IMG/VR virus record: IMGVR_UViG_3300009703_004110
Coordinates: 133,298 to 197,297 of that record
Direction: 5' to 3' (one strand)
DNA from: a virus
Length of the DNA stretch: 64,000 nt
Shown: positions 9,415 to 20,027 of the stretch, piece by piece
How the letters are laid out: each line of letters starts with the position of its first letter
Numbering within the stretch: the stretch's first letter is position 1
Notes under the pieces: model-generated
Told to the model about the DNA's origin: nothing
Seen by the model: only the letters and a program-made list of their open reading frames with translations
Databases searched by the model: none
Program-made: the position numbers and the translations under genes

Positions 9415-12400
9415 TAATCGAATCCTCCAATTCCTTCTACAGTTGTTGTTTCAACCACATAAGATATATACGCAACATGCTCTTTAAAAGAAGATACGGC
9501 CTGGCGATTAAATTTAATATAAAAATATTTATAATCAGAACCAGATATAGATAAGCCAGATAAATCAACTACATTAAATCCAAGCGCACCATTAGGGTGT
9601 ATACCGATAGTCATTGGATTTGCAGAAGAGCTGGCTTCAGAAGATTGCGTGAGATCTAAATCTTCTGAAAATATTTCATAATCGTGATTTCCAAACTCAC
9701 CAGATCCAGCTATTATTTCTGAATAAAAATGGATCGCCAGTTGAGTCAGCGTTTGTCCGTTTAAAATATCAGGAAGGCGCATCTGAACAAAGTCAGTAGT
9801 GTTAGTTCCATCCAGCAGAATAGTCTTGACCTCTCTACTTCCGTTATTAAATGTACTAAAGGCTGATCCAGGTGTCGGCTCGCCCATAGCCACGTCAGGC
9901 AGCTGATCGACGTGCGCGTATTTGATAGCATTCCTAGCAGTATTATACTTATAAAGATCTGCCTTTATAAAGTCAGTCGACTCAACAAATCCGCCAATAT
10001 ACTGATTACTTTCTGTTCTAGCACTAATACCATCTATACTTTGAACTAATGTTGGCGCAGTTGCAGAATCTGAAACCTCATGATTGTCTGCAATATAGTT
10101 ACCATAAACTTCTATATTGGATCCATCATTAGCATCATCAAAGCTCACAACATTATTATGTAATAAATAACCAGTGTCATTAGAGTAAAGTACATTATTA
10201 CTAAATCTAAAATTTTGAATTCTACTAGCTGTTGTGAATATGACATATGAATCTATAAACTTACAATTATCAATAACGATGTTACCTTTATTTGTGGTTT
10301 TATCATCAAGTTCAGTAATCGACACACCTCTTCTGCCAATCAGATCATCAAGATTGACAGTGGTAAATGCCGCATCAAAATCGAAAGTAACATTTTTAAT
10401 CTCTACTCCAAAGGTAAATGGCGTTCCAGTATCGTCTTCGACATTTAAATCGACACAAGATACCCTACAATTATCCATTCTAAAATCTGAAAGCTTAATA
10501 AATCCAGAACTAAAAGTACTATTTGGTGCAGTTATTGTTGCAAATTTATCACCAGGTATAAATATAATCCCTCTAAATGAAGCAACTTGATCGGAAAAAG
10601 TATATTCTGTTCTTATCTTCAGAATAGTTCCATCGCCTTCTCCAGTGATTGTGACCGGAAAATCGATAAGAAGCCCTTGATCATATACTGCCGTATAAAG
10701 ACTGTCATATATTACATCCGGGTCCGCGACAAAATCAGTCTCCCACTCATCATAGGTCCTGGTAGATTCATCCTTTTTAACGGTAACTTCGTGTGTACCA
10801 GACTTCAGATGAATAGTTGGTGTGCCAGCCAACGGGAACATATCAGAAAATCTTTCTGCATATTTAAGAGCCTGCGTTACACTGTCGAAGTGTGCAAGTC
10901 TATAGTCTGGAGATACTGTAATAGAATTTAACAGAGTTAGATCTAAATCGCTAATAAACAATCTAAGATCGTAAACTCGAACAGTAGTTTGATCGTATTC
11001 AACTGTAGCTAAAATCACAGAATCATCATCAGCAAATGGATTATCACAAGTACTTGCCTCTGCCGGTTCAGCTAAAATCTCACCTTCGGAGTTGATTGCA
11101 ACATAAAACTTATCTACTGTGGCCGATTCTATATCCGTTTCAATTGTAACAGTAGATGGTATTTCAAACCTTCTTCCACGAACATAGCAAGTTCCTGATC
11201 CAACAGTTATGCTATACAACCCATCGTTGATTACAGGGGAGGTAACCTGTAGTCCATATGTTACACCATCACTCCTAAGTTCATTGATCGGCCTTTCCGT
11301 ACCTTTATGTATAGCATCCGTTCTTAGATCATCCCATCCAACAGACCCTCTCTGAACAGGAGAAAATACCCTTGGGTTGTCTGGATCGACGCCACCAACT
11401 ATTCTACCTCTATAATTTCCAAACGGTACTCGTCCAAGCATCAAAACGGAATCTTCATTAATGCCGTCAAAGGCATATACTGTGGTAGTTATGGTTCCAT
11501 TGGCAACAATTTTAGATAGCAGAGTTGCCGCATTTGGAATATAAACTCTCAACCTTCTATTGTCTGTACCTGATTCAATCCATATATATGAGTCGCTTCC
11601 GATGGCCCTCTGTTTAGTTCCGCCATCTAGAGAAATATTAACTATACTGTTAATATCTTCTATAGTTAAAGTTAGCGTCTCATCCTTGGCAAACGGCCCT
11701 TCGTAATCTGAAATAGAGATAAGAGCATCAATGCCAGAAATTTCTACACCATATTCGAGCCTCTTATTCGAAAACAAGTTTTGATTCTCATCTATAAAAA
11801 CTTCCATCATTGTTGCGCCGATCGAGCCGGCGACAGCATCAAAGACAGTATCGTCCAGGTTTATAATATTTTCATAGATTTCAAATACCGCATCATCACC
11901 TGGCGAACCAGCGAATCCGCTCGGTATTTGATCGGTATCGATCACAAGTGACGTAGAGGTCACATCTGAAATTACAAAGCTTCCATCATCTGTACCTTCT
12001 TCCGCACCAGATATGGTAATTAGATCACCATTCTTAATACCAGCTTTCAAAAAATCGACTGATGCACTTCCTATAGTGATTGATGTTGTTCCCGCAAAAT
12101 ATGATAGACCAGTAGTATTTAATTTTTCTCTTAGACCAGAGAGTGGCAACCCTTTTATAAAATAAAGTGAACCAACTTCTGCAGAGATATCCAAGTCTTT
12201 AAGATGAGACAGCCCCGCTGTTGTAAGTGCACCATCGCTACCTTCTCCGATCATCAGGGTCCTCTGATTATCAGTAGTGTCTGGTAAATTATGAACAATA
12301 GCGAACTCAACTCCGCCATCACGAAGCTCTAATCTGTAAGCCAAGAACTTAAAATTGCCTTCAACCGCCTGCTCATTGATTTTCTTTACAATGGAATCAA

Positions 12401-13712
12401 CAGATTGTGTCGTAGAACTTGCATCATAGAGATCTAATGTGGTTGTAGAGCTACCATCAACCGATAAGGTAATGAATCTATTTGTACTGGTAATTTCAGA
12501 CGGCTTAACGCCACTAGAGACTATGGCGCATGAATCCGGATTAGCAACCTGCATAGATGTAGCAGAAGTTAAGGTAGCCTTTTCTCTAATGCCAAGAAGC
12601 ATGCCTGGTGCATTTTGCGGCCTCTGTGGGTTTTTAGCAACCGTGAATAAAGTTGTAGATACATTAGAGCCATGTAAAAGTCCGTAGACTTCTACGCTCT
12701 CTACGTCTTCTTCGTCATCAGACAGATTTATAATTGCAATGTAATATGTTCCTACATAAAGTTCATCAGTATCTGCAGTATCTTTTATAATTAAAAGGTC
12801 GCCTTTTTTCGGAGTAAAAGATTCTATTTCTATAGGGTCATTGAAGGTAACCTTGGTTAGACCATCTGACTCACCATCACTTGCTGAAAAAGACGCACCA
12901 ACATCTTCTGCGAAAATTAATCCAATCTCGTCATTTGTAGCATCTTTTAGAGATCCATTCCTCAAATATCCATTGGAATGATGTCTGTCTTGATGAAGAA
13001 TTGTTTGTGTACTGGTCAAAAGAGCTGTTTCTTCTATTGCTTCTTGTACGTCATCAGAACTTAATAGACCACTTACTTCAGCGTCATTAAAGTATATTTG
13101 ATTAGCGAGATGAGAATTATTTGAAGAACTTATGTCCGCACCCGTATAGTTAATATGTCTATCATGGATGTCTTCAAATGCCTGCTGTACATCTGTTGCC
13201 TCAATGTCTAGGATACCCTCATCAGATCCTATAGCAGTTGTAGGGTCTGCTGAGATTGCGGTGGCAGCATGCCTGTTGATAGCCGAACTGTTTGTGTGAG
13301 CGGATAATAGAGCAGAAACATTCTTAATCTGTTCTCCCAGAATATCTAACTCGCCACTGACAATTGATATCTCATCCTGTAAGACTTGTGTTGGAAAAGT
13401 AAGTCTTAGTTTGCTCTCAGCAATGGCTGCTACGCTGGATACGTCTGTATTGGTAATTGGCCCAGAAAGTACATTGGCCAAGGCAAGAGCCTCTTTTCTA
13501 ATTTTTCCATTACCATCCAACGCGGCATTTAGTCTGTTTGCCACGGTATTGCCAGATGCGCCCTGAGGGTTAATTCCAAGGGCTCGTTCAATATTGAAAA
13601 GAGCAGAGCGTATGCTGTTAATAGCCTCTGATCCGATCTCTAAAATATCATCTCTAACCGCAGGAACTTCCTTAGATGTATCCAGTTTGCTTGGATAATT
13701 AGATTTTGCCAT
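9414..13712 (-). CDS. large virion structural protein (fibre/baseplate-associated); paralogue of 5806..9414
   Basis: 1432 aa; MAKSNYPSKLDTSKEVPAVRDD matches MAKSKYPTSLDTSKELPPVRDN; FDSVTQAL...IHLKSGTH...ITGEGDGTIL beta-helix-like region. Confidence 0.65.
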   Translation of the reverse strand: MAKSNYPSKLDTSKEVPAVRDDILEIGSEAINSIRSALFNIERALGINPQGASGNTVANRLNAALDGNGKIRKEALALANVLSGPITNTDVSSVAAIAESKLRLTFPTQVLQDEISIVSGELDILGEQIKNVSALLSAHTNSSAINRHAATAISADPTTAIGSDEGILDIEATDVQQAFEDIHDRHINYTGADISSSNNSHLANQIYFNDAEVSGLLSSDDVQEAIEETALLTSTQTILHQDRHHSNGYLRNGSLKDATNDEIGLIFAEDVGASFSASDGESDGLTKVTFNDPIEIESFTPKKGDLLIIKDTADTDELYVGTYYIAIINLSDDEEDVESVEVYGLLHGSNVSTTLFTVAKNPQRPQNAPGMLLGIREKATLTSATSMQVANPDSCAIVSSGVKPSEITSTNRFITLSVDGSSTTTLDLYDASSTTQSVDSIVKKINEQAVEGNFKFLAYRLELRDGGVEFAIVHNLPDTTDNQRTLMIGEGSDGALTTAGLSHLKDLDISAEVGSLYFIKGLPLSGLREKLNTTGLSYFAGTTSITIGSASVDFLKAGIKNGDLITISGAEEGTDDGSFVISDVTSTSLVIDTDQIPSGFAGSPGDDAVFEIYENIINLDDTVFDAVAGSIGATMMEVFIDENQNLFSNKRLEYGVEISGIDALISISDYEGPFAKDETLTLTIEDINSIVNISLDGGTKQRAIGSDSYIWIESGTDNRRLRVYIPNAATLLSKIVANGTITTTVYAFDGINEDSVLMLGRVPFGNYRGRIVGGVDPDNPRVFSPVQRGSVGWDDLRTDAIHKGTERPINELRSDGVTYGLQVTSPVINDGLYSITVGSGTCYVRGRRFEIPSTVTIETDIESATVDKFYVAINSEGEILAEPAEASTCDNPFADDDSVILATVEYDQTTVRVYDLRLFISDLDLTLLNSITVSPDYRLAHFDSVTQALKYAERFSDMFPLAGTPTIHLKSGTHEVTVKKDESTRTYDEWETDFVADPDVIYDSLYTAVYDQGLLIDFPVTITGEGDGTILKIRTEYTFSDQVASFRGIIFIPGDKFATITAPNSTFSSGFIKLSDFRMDNCRVSCVDLNVEDDTGTPFTFGVEIKNVTFDFDAAFTTVNLDDLIGRRGVSITELDDKTTNKGNIVIDNCKFIDSYVIFTTASRIQNFRFSNNVLYSNDTGYLLHNNVVSFDDANDGSNIEVYGNYIADNHEVSDSATAPTLVQSIDGISARTESNQYIGGFVESTDFIKADLYKYNTARNAIKYAHVDQLPDVAMGEPTPGSAFSTFNNGSREVKTILLDGTNTTDFVQMRLPDILNGQTLTQLAIHFYSEIIAGSGEFGNHDYEIFSEDLDLTQSSEASSSANPMTIGIHPNGALGFNVVDLSGLSISGSDYKYFYIKFNRQAVSSFKEHVAYISYVVETTTVEGIGGFD

Positions 13713-13713
13713 C

Positions 13714-14163
13714 TTAGTTGGTCTCCATACTATCGCCTATCTTATCTCCCAGATAAATAGCGCCTCCAGTTACTGCTACTCCCAAAACAAACCATCCAAC
13801 ATTTTCGAGAGTATTAAACTTTTCTCGTCTTTCAAGCTTATCAACCCTATCTTGATAAAGTTCTCCAAGCTCTTGCCATTCGCCTAACTGAGCGTCCTTG
13901 ACAACCAAAAGGTCTTCCAGGGTGGCAATCTCTCTTTCTTGTATCTCGGTAAGCTGCTTGAAAGCCTCTGCCTTTCTTTCTATAACCTCTAATGTCTCTA
14001 TCCTAACTCTTAATGCATCCGCTTCTTCTACCGTAAAGACTACAGATTCCTCTTCGATAACGTCACCTGGATGCATTATTTCAGAGGCATGTGCAACTGG
14101 AGCAAGTATCAAAGATATTGCAATAAGCATCGCAAAGAAAATTTGAGTTATTTTATGTAACAT
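13714..14163 (-). CDS. exported coiled-coil protein with C-terminal hydrophobic helix (spanin-like)
   Basis: Signal peptide ending AHA, long coiled coil, GWFVLGVAVTGGAIYL; no lipobox Cys. Confidence 0.45.
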   Translation of the reverse strand: MLHKITQIFFAMLIAISLILAPVAHASEIMHPGDVIEEESVVFTVEEADALRVRIETLEVIERKAEAFKQLTEIQEREIATLEDLLVVKDAQLGEWQELGELYQDRVDKLERREKFNTLENVGWFVLGVAVTGGAIYLGDKIGDSMETN

Positions 14164-14392
14164 TCTCCACCTCTACAACGTCCATCTCAACTTCAGGAAA
14201 TTCAAACTTATCAGAATTAATCATAGATTCAAGCTGGAATACGTCTATAGGTATTGTCTGATCTAGTGATTGTGCAGAAGTGGCACGAGCATCTTGATCA
14301 TCAGAATACTTTAATATTGTACTCGCAATCCTTTTATTTATACTTGGAAACTCTGAAGAAGCCTTTATTAGATTTACTAGGTTATATTCCAT
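14153..14392 (-). CDS. hypothetical protein
   Basis: 79 aa, overlaps both neighbours. Confidence 0.6.
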   Translation of the reverse strand: MEYNLVNLIKASSEFPSINKRIASTILKYSDDQDARATSAQSLDQTIPIDVFQLESMINSDKFEFPEVEMDVVEVENVT

Positions 14393-14721
14393 TAAAATCC
14401 TCGTGAATCAAAAAAGGAGTCAAGCTCTTCCACTGACATCTCGCGACCTATCTCAACCTCTTGAGCCTCAATTACATCAATCTTTCTAAGAATTGCCCCT
14501 TTTTGTTCCCGCAAAACTTCTAACTTTTTCTCCCTTGCCTTAGCATCTTTTTCTAAATGTGCTAGTTCAGATTCGTGAGTTACACGGGCTAATTCAAATT
14601 TAAGCTTATCCTTAGCTAAGAACTTACGTTTTGCTGTCATGAATAATAACATGCCTATAAACATTCCAATTAAGCCAACAGCAATCTTGAATTTTATATT
14701 TAACTTTTTAAACCATTCCAT
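14392..14721 (-). CDS. i-spanin-like membrane-anchored coiled-coil protein
   Basis: Basic N-terminus, one TM helix (IAVGLIGMFIGMLLFM), charged coiled coil. Confidence 0.5.
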   Translation of the reverse strand: MEWFKKLNIKFKIAVGLIGMFIGMLLFMTAKRKFLAKDKLKFELARVTHESELAHLEKDAKAREKKLEVLREQKGAILRKIDVIEAQEVEIGREMSVEELDSFFDSRGF

Positions 14722-15056
14722 TATCTTTCTCCAGTTGGCTCAAAATCATCTGGCACATCTACGGAGCCATCACCTTGTTGAACGATAATAGTTGTATTTC
14801 CGGTCTCAGGTGGTGGGTCCGTTTCGTCGGTAGAATAAGCGGCCGTTGTCCAACGTCTACCAACGTAAGCTGATAATGTTGGCGCTAAGAATGCCGCCAT
14901 AGTACCTGAGTCCATCGCAACAAAAGTAAAGCTAACTCCAGCTACAGTAAGTGTTCCTAAAGTTGCCAGAATAACATTAAATACCACGACTGCAAATGCA
15001 ATCAAGGCAATAGTCAACATTGCATCAGGCCTTCCTTTTGTATTCTTAATCCACAT
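14721..15056 (-). CDS. holin-like small membrane protein
   Basis: Two to three hydrophobic segments and an acidic tail; adjacent to spanin-like genes. Confidence 0.5.
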   Translation of the reverse strand: MWIKNTKGRPDAMLTIALIAFAVVVFNVILATLGTLTVAGVSFTFVAMDSGTMAAFLAPTLSAYVGRRWTTAAYSTDETDPPPETGNTTIIVQQGDGSVDVPDDFEPTGER

Positions 15057-15069
15057 TTTTTATTCTCCA

Positions 15070-17058
15070 TTATATTGTCCAACCAAATGTATAGACTATA
15101 TCAGTTTTGTCAAGTCTTTTAAGCTCGATTCTTTGCCTTGTAAAGTGTCTAAAGACTATCTTCTCTCTACTGACTTTTAGCACTTCATAAATATATTCCT
15201 GATCGTCTGTAAAATCAAATCTAACAATTAAGTCTCTATCTTTAATTGCCGGGATTGGCACAGTCCAAGCTGATGGTTCAAAATCTTGCTCCAAATGCTC
15301 TGCAGCACCTAGCTTTAAGTCTTCAACTGCATCTGCAAAGGAAATAATAACTCGCTTATCCTCTCGTCTGAGATTTGAATATTGACTATATCCACCAACA
15401 TATCCTGTGCCAAAGCACTCCTTACAGCTTTTAACCTTTGGATGCATTCTCCTTGAACCCATGCAGCTACAGATTTGGCCATCCCAAATTCTTCTAAGTA
15501 GAACAATAGGTTCACCAACCTGGTCCAGAAGCACCTCTTCTCTGCCAATAAGCCTATCCCAAAGATTAAATCCTCTAAACCCATTATACTCACCACCAAG
15601 ATAAGTTCCACAGTCATCTACGCCATTTAATGTATGTTGAGGAAGCGGCCTGTGATATCCACAAAAATCATAGCCCTGAAAGAACTTCTGATCATTATCA
15701 CCATAGTCTGTAACAACTAGTCCGGTATTATCGACTTCACGCTGAAGATCATATCCGTCATGGAAAGTTGGCGTAGCCATAATAATAACAGTATTTTGAT
15801 CTCTGCAGTTAGTAAAAAACTTTACTTCGTCTCCAACGACATAGACACCAGCGGTAGTGCCTAATAAACCTCTGCCACCAGAAGGCACTAAGAACGAAGA
15901 GTTCTCTTCTGAAACTGAGTTATATCCTATAATCTCTGTTCCAATTATCAGGTTTCCTTTGGCTCCAAATCCATCTACTGAATCAACATAGATAACCGAA
16001 TCTGTATCAAAAATTGATTGTGATACTGCTGTTGCAGACGGGAACTCCCAAAATCCATCAGAAATCTCCACCATCCCGGTAAAGTCTAATGCATCCTTAT
16101 GGGTCTCCATAGCTCTTGCCGCAAAAGACAAAGTTAGGCCTGGGGTTAAGCCGGTAATAGTAGCCGATAGTATATCTGCTCTGGCTATATAAGACGGCTC
16201 AGAATCAAAAATATCAAGCCTCTTCTCGTTCATATAAATCAAAACATAGACATCGCTCTTATACGCTCTTTTGGCTGGTACGTTCCATTCCAAAAGAAGG
16301 GAGTCACCAGAGCCGCAACTTGAAACTTTTTGCATTCCCTGAAAGAATCCAACGAATCCTGTTTGTGGAAAAACTTCGGGAAGTGTAGCGACCCTCTGCT
16401 TAACAGTAAAGGGGATCTCGCCAGTAGCTTTGCCGCCATTCTCATCGGAAACGGCCCAGTTGATTTTATAATCACCATTCTTAAGAGGCTCATCCGGATC
16501 GATCTTGACTACTACGGTATCGCTGTCTTCAAAGATTCCTGATTCAGCTCCGTTAGGGCTGCTTTCGAATGCTCCATTAACAACATAATCTAGGCCGCCT
16601 ATGCTAATTTGAATTGAACTTAAGTCAATATCATCCAGCAAGTCCTCAAACTCTAATGTAATTAATTGGGGATTTACAATGACGCCGTTCGCTACAGGAT
16701 TTGACTCAACTAGTACCGGCTCTTCTAAGATAGCTCTATAGACATAAGTACGATTAAAATATCCACCGTCCATATCTTGAACTTGGATTTTTATAAATAC
16801 TTGGGTACCCTTTGGAAAGTCTGACTCTGGATCGATTACAACATTGAAATTTTCGCCATCCTGATTTATCTCAGAGTTAAGGCCGTCAAAGCCGGTTTTA
16901 AAGTCTACTCCAACCACCGCCCGGTTGCCACGCACCTCCACAATAAGCGTAGATATATCTATGCCCGTGCCGTCGTCCAGTATGGTAAACTCTATATCGG
17001 CATCAAGTGCGACTTGTTTTTCGCCCTCTGATGGTGATAATCCTGATATTGAAAACAT
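15070..17058 (-). CDS. neck / head-closure protein with N-terminal Ig-like repeats
   Basis: Two Ig-like repeats and an FN3-like segment, then CSC...CKECFGTGYVGGY and IKDRDLIVRF...YEV head-closure-like domain. Confidence 0.6.
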   Translation of the reverse strand: MFSISGLSPSEGEKQVALDADIEFTILDDGTGIDISTLIVEVRGNRAVVGVDFKTGFDGLNSEINQDGENFNVVIDPESDFPKGTQVFIKIQVQDMDGGYFNRTYVYRAILEEPVLVESNPVANGVIVNPQLITLEFEDLLDDIDLSSIQISIGGLDYVVNGAFESSPNGAESGIFEDSDTVVVKIDPDEPLKNGDYKINWAVSDENGGKATGEIPFTVKQRVATLPEVFPQTGFVGFFQGMQKVSSCGSGDSLLLEWNVPAKRAYKSDVYVLIYMNEKRLDIFDSEPSYIARADILSATITGLTPGLTLSFAARAMETHKDALDFTGMVEISDGFWEFPSATAVSQSIFDTDSVIYVDSVDGFGAKGNLIIGTEIIGYNSVSEENSSFLVPSGGRGLLGTTAGVYVVGDEVKFFTNCRDQNTVIIMATPTFHDGYDLQREVDNTGLVVTDYGDNDQKFFQGYDFCGYHRPLPQHTLNGVDDCGTYLGGEYNGFRGFNLWDRLIGREEVLLDQVGEPIVLLRRIWDGQICSCMGSRRMHPKVKSCKECFGTGYVGGYSQYSNLRREDKRVIISFADAVEDLKLGAAEHLEQDFEPSAWTVPIPAIKDRDLIVRFDFTDDQEYIYEVLKVSREKIVFRHFTRQRIELKRLDKTDIVYTFGWTI

Positions 17059-17107
17059 GCGTGTATCTCCACTAAAAATGAATTCTATTAATAGAGAAGT
17101 CTATAGC

Positions 17108-17605
17108 TTAGTTTCTTAACAGCTCATCAATTTTTTCTTTTTTGTCGCCATCACTGACCTCATGATACTCGACAAGTTCGACAACGTATTTGTGGGCAGA
17201 CTCCTCACCCTCGACTTCCTTCTGATATTCTATTTGATTTTGAAATGCTTCAAGTTCGTCATCTCTATCTAAGTAATCATCATCTGCATATGGATCCTCT
17301 TCTATGTGCTCACGATTCATATGTTGCAAAGCATGGGTTAATTCATGAACTGCATATCTCATTATAACTTCAAATGATTCAGATAGAAGATTTTCATTTA
17401 AATAAATTTTAGAGTCTATCGTCTTGGCAGAAACGTCAAGTTCTGAAAACTCAATAGAGATTCCATCAAGGATTTCTATCGGATATCCTAATTCTTCAAA
17501 TAGACTGTGAACAACAGGCAGAGATGCAAGCTCTCTTTTAACCTGCGCTAGCAATCTTGCTTTGTCTTTTAGTTCCACTTCTTCTTTTGATGTTATTATG
17601 ATCAT
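17108..17605 (-). CDS. HExxH zinc metallopeptidase-like protein
   Basis: AVHELTHALQH with downstream ELEAF third ligand; start placed at MIIIT (17605), uncertain. Confidence 0.7.
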   Translation of the reverse strand: MIIITSKEEVELKDKARLLAQVKRELASLPVVHSLFEELGYPIEILDGISIEFSELDVSAKTIDSKIYLNENLLSESFEVIMRYAVHELTHALQHMNREHIEEDPYADDDYLDRDDELEAFQNQIEYQKEVEGEESAHKYVVELVEYHEVSDGDKKEKIDELLRN

Positions 17606-17774
17606 CTTTTGTGATTGCCTCTTTTGTCTCATCAAGTGACTTTATTAAGTTACTTACATTATACTGTAATATGGCTTGTAGTTCCAAGCATTCGGCGACA
17701 AGTTCTTTTAAGTTCTTATCGCGGCCTTCATCATTATCACGAAGACCTAAGGTCTGCTGAAAGGATTCTATCAT
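17538..17774 (-). CDS. hypothetical protein
   Basis: ATGA-coupled to the upstream gene; overlaps the peptidase start. Confidence 0.45.
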   Translation of the reverse strand: MIESFQQTLGLRDNDEGRDKNLKELVAECLELQAILQYNVSNLIKSLDETKEAITKDDHNNIKRRSGTKRQSKIASAG

Positions 17775-18361
17775 TGTTCAATCTCCACTGGTCTAATAGT
17801 TGATCTAATTTTTTCAAGAGCAATGGTTAGATCAATCAGAGTTTTATTATAATTTGTTAAAATTTCTTTTAACTCATCTACACGTCCTTCATTTAGTTTA
17901 GAAAGTTCTTTACTATGCTCCACCAATATAATTGCATCACGCTGCATTGTATCAGCCAATTCTTTGATGCCTTCATACAAAGAGCGCTTGACATACCATA
18001 TTGGAGCACCATCCTGATCCTTAACATTATGCCAATCCCAAAGATCTTTAACTAACTCACCAATATGTTGCATAGAATTATGCATCATGTCGGCAGTCTT
18101 TTCGTGCTCAATATGACTTGTGTGCCCGTTCGATATATTATTTTCAATAGTTATAACCCTATCAGATACGGCTTCTAAATCTTTAGAGAGCGCATCAATT
18201 TTTTCAATGAGTATATCAACAGATTTTTGATCAGGTTTTTTATCCGCCTTTTTAGACAGATCTTTTCCCTTTCCAGTCCACCATATATACACTAACGACA
18301 ATAGAAACAAAAGGCCGAAGATGCCTCCCTTTTCTAAAAGGAAGGCTATAATTAAGTCCAT
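17771..18361 (-). CDS. membrane-anchored coiled-coil protein (BhlA/holin-like N-terminus)
   Basis: EKGGIFGLLFLLSLVYIWW transmembrane segment followed by heptad repeats. Confidence 0.5.
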   Translation of the reverse strand: MDLIIAFLLEKGGIFGLLFLLSLVYIWWTGKGKDLSKKADKKPDQKSVDILIEKIDALSKDLEAVSDRVITIENNISNGHTSHIEHEKTADMMHNSMQHIGELVKDLWDWHNVKDQDGAPIWYVKRSLYEGIKELADTMQRDAIILVEHSKELSKLNEGRVDELKEILTNYNKTLIDLTIALEKIRSTIRPVEIEQ

Positions 18362-18362
18362 A

Positions 18363-19286
18363 TTATATAACCCTCCTCGCCCTCAAGTGCCTAAGCCTAG
18401 TGAAGGCCGGCGCACCAGAAGTAAGATTCGTATAAGTACCATAGCCACGCGGACCAGGACGAATGCTATTCTTCATAAACTTTAGTCTTTCGCGATAAGA
18501 GGTAAGCCAATTATTGTAATTTGCCTGAAGAAAGTCGCCAAGCCGAGGAGGCTGATAACTAATTCCACCATCTGATATAGTGAAGTCTCTTCCTTTTTCT
18601 ACTAGAGCCTGAGAGGCCATAGCGTAAATCATAGCGCCCTCTACTACGGCAGATGAGAATAGAGTCTTGATAATCTCATCAGCGAAGGTGTATGCTGTAA
18701 AGAATGGTATCATATTAAATTCTGACAAAGCCATGCATAGAAAGCACACTAAGACTTCATCATCGAAAACATTACATTGTTCAGTTAATATCTCACCATA
18801 TCCATCTGTAACAAAAGCACCAAACTCATCACGAACAGGCTTAACACCTGTTGAACTAAGTCTTGACTTCAATAACTTAAGTAATAAGTTTAGAGTGGCA
18901 AGTTCTTCTTGAGTAAAATCAAAGACAACGTCATCACCAAGTGTGACCTGGCCGGGACCAGTATCTGCGGTCAGCACATCATCCGGACTTACTACCACGA
19001 AAGAGAAAGTGGCGTCAAATGGGGCCGTCTCTATTTCGGCCTCCCAGGTGTCCGCCCACTCGCCTTCTTCTGCAAATGACCCTACGGTATAGGAGTATTT
19101 GTAAAGGCCGGTGCTAACCCTGCTAACACCGGTAGAAGTGGACGCAACAAAGACGGAGCCGTTTGGATCAGCAATTTCAATCGCAGGTGTGCTATCGGCA
19201 TCTACTTCGTTGCCATCAGCATCATAAAACTGAATTTGGAGGACAAGTTCTTGTCCTTTTACTGCTGAGTCTCTGTCGTTTGCCAT
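18363..19286 (-). CDS. head-tail adaptor (neck) protein with N-terminal Ig-like domain
   Basis: Ig-like VSRVSTGLYKYSY then helical FDDEVLVCFLCMALSEFN...FTISDGGISY; neck-region position. Confidence 0.6.
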   Translation of the reverse strand: MANDRDSAVKGQELVLQIQFYDADGNEVDADSTPAIEIADPNGSVFVASTSTGVSRVSTGLYKYSYTVGSFAEEGEWADTWEAEIETAPFDATFSFVVVSPDDVLTADTGPGQVTLGDDVVFDFTQEELATLNLLLKLLKSRLSSTGVKPVRDEFGAFVTDGYGEILTEQCNVFDDEVLVCFLCMALSEFNMIPFFTAYTFADEIIKTLFSSAVVEGAMIYAMASQALVEKGRDFTISDGGISYQPPRLGDFLQANYNNWLTSYRERLKFMKNSIRPGPRGYGTYTNLTSGAPAFTRLRHLRARRVI

Positions 19287-19298
19287 TGACTACTCTCC

Positions 19299-19523
19299 CT
19301 ACTTTGTATAAAGAAGCTTCTTTATTAATCTAACTTGACTATCAAATTTAGAAAATTCTGAGTTTATATACTCCAAAGATAAAGATGCGGCTACAGCATC
19401 GGGGTCGCTCAAAATAAATTCAAATTTGCCACCCGGAAGCTTAACTGCTTTCTTTATATCAAGACCTCTCATCGACAAAAATGCAGCAAGAGAAAGATCA
19501 GATGTAACATAACAATTATCCAT
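19299..19523 (-). CDS. small DUF5659-like protein
   Basis: TSDLSLAAFL...G....KFEF pattern. Confidence 0.55.
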   Translation of the reverse strand: MDNCYVTSDLSLAAFLSMRGLDIKKAVKLPGGKFEFILSDPDAVAASLSLEYINSEFSKFDSQVRLIKKLLYTK

Positions 19524-19556
19524 AGTTGACTCACTTATCGATAATTAATTAATAGA

Positions 19557-20027
19557 TTACTTTTTACGATGAGCGGCACACAAAGTGCCCTTTTTCGGAG
19601 CTTGACGTTTACATCGCTGACCATTAGTCTTTACAAATAAACATCTTTTAAACTCAGGAGGCGCCTTAACCTCTTCATAATCTTCCATTACAACCGGATT
19701 AAACTTTGGTTCAGACTCTTCCTCCATCACTATAAATCCATGAGATTCGTCCTTTTTCTCTGTAATGTTTGTAACATCACCTGAGGTAGTAGTACCATAA
19801 ATTGCGGCGCGCCTCTCCTGCTCGTTGGAGGCCTCTAACTCATCTAAATCTTTTTGAAACTCAAAGAAGCTTTCATACGCCACATCATATTCATCTGCAT
19901 CATCTGGAACATGGTGCTCTCCACGTCGTCCAATATCATGAGGAGATGGGGCTTTACGAATTGGCGTACCTTTAATTAGATGACTTCTTTTCTTCAGCTT
20001 GCTCTTTAGCATCATCTTCCTCCTCAA
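19557..20027 (-). CDS. protein with C-terminal CCCH zinc finger
   Basis: RCLFVKTNGQRCKRQAPKKGTLCAAH. Confidence 0.55.
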   Translation of the reverse strand: MRRKMMLKSKLKKRSHLIKGTPIRKAPSPHDIGRRGEHHVPDDADEYDVAYESFFEFQKDLDELEASNEQERRAAIYGTTTSGDVTNITEKKDESHGFIVMEEESEPKFNPVVMEDYEEVKAPPEFKRCLFVKTNGQRCKRQAPKKGTLCAAHRKK

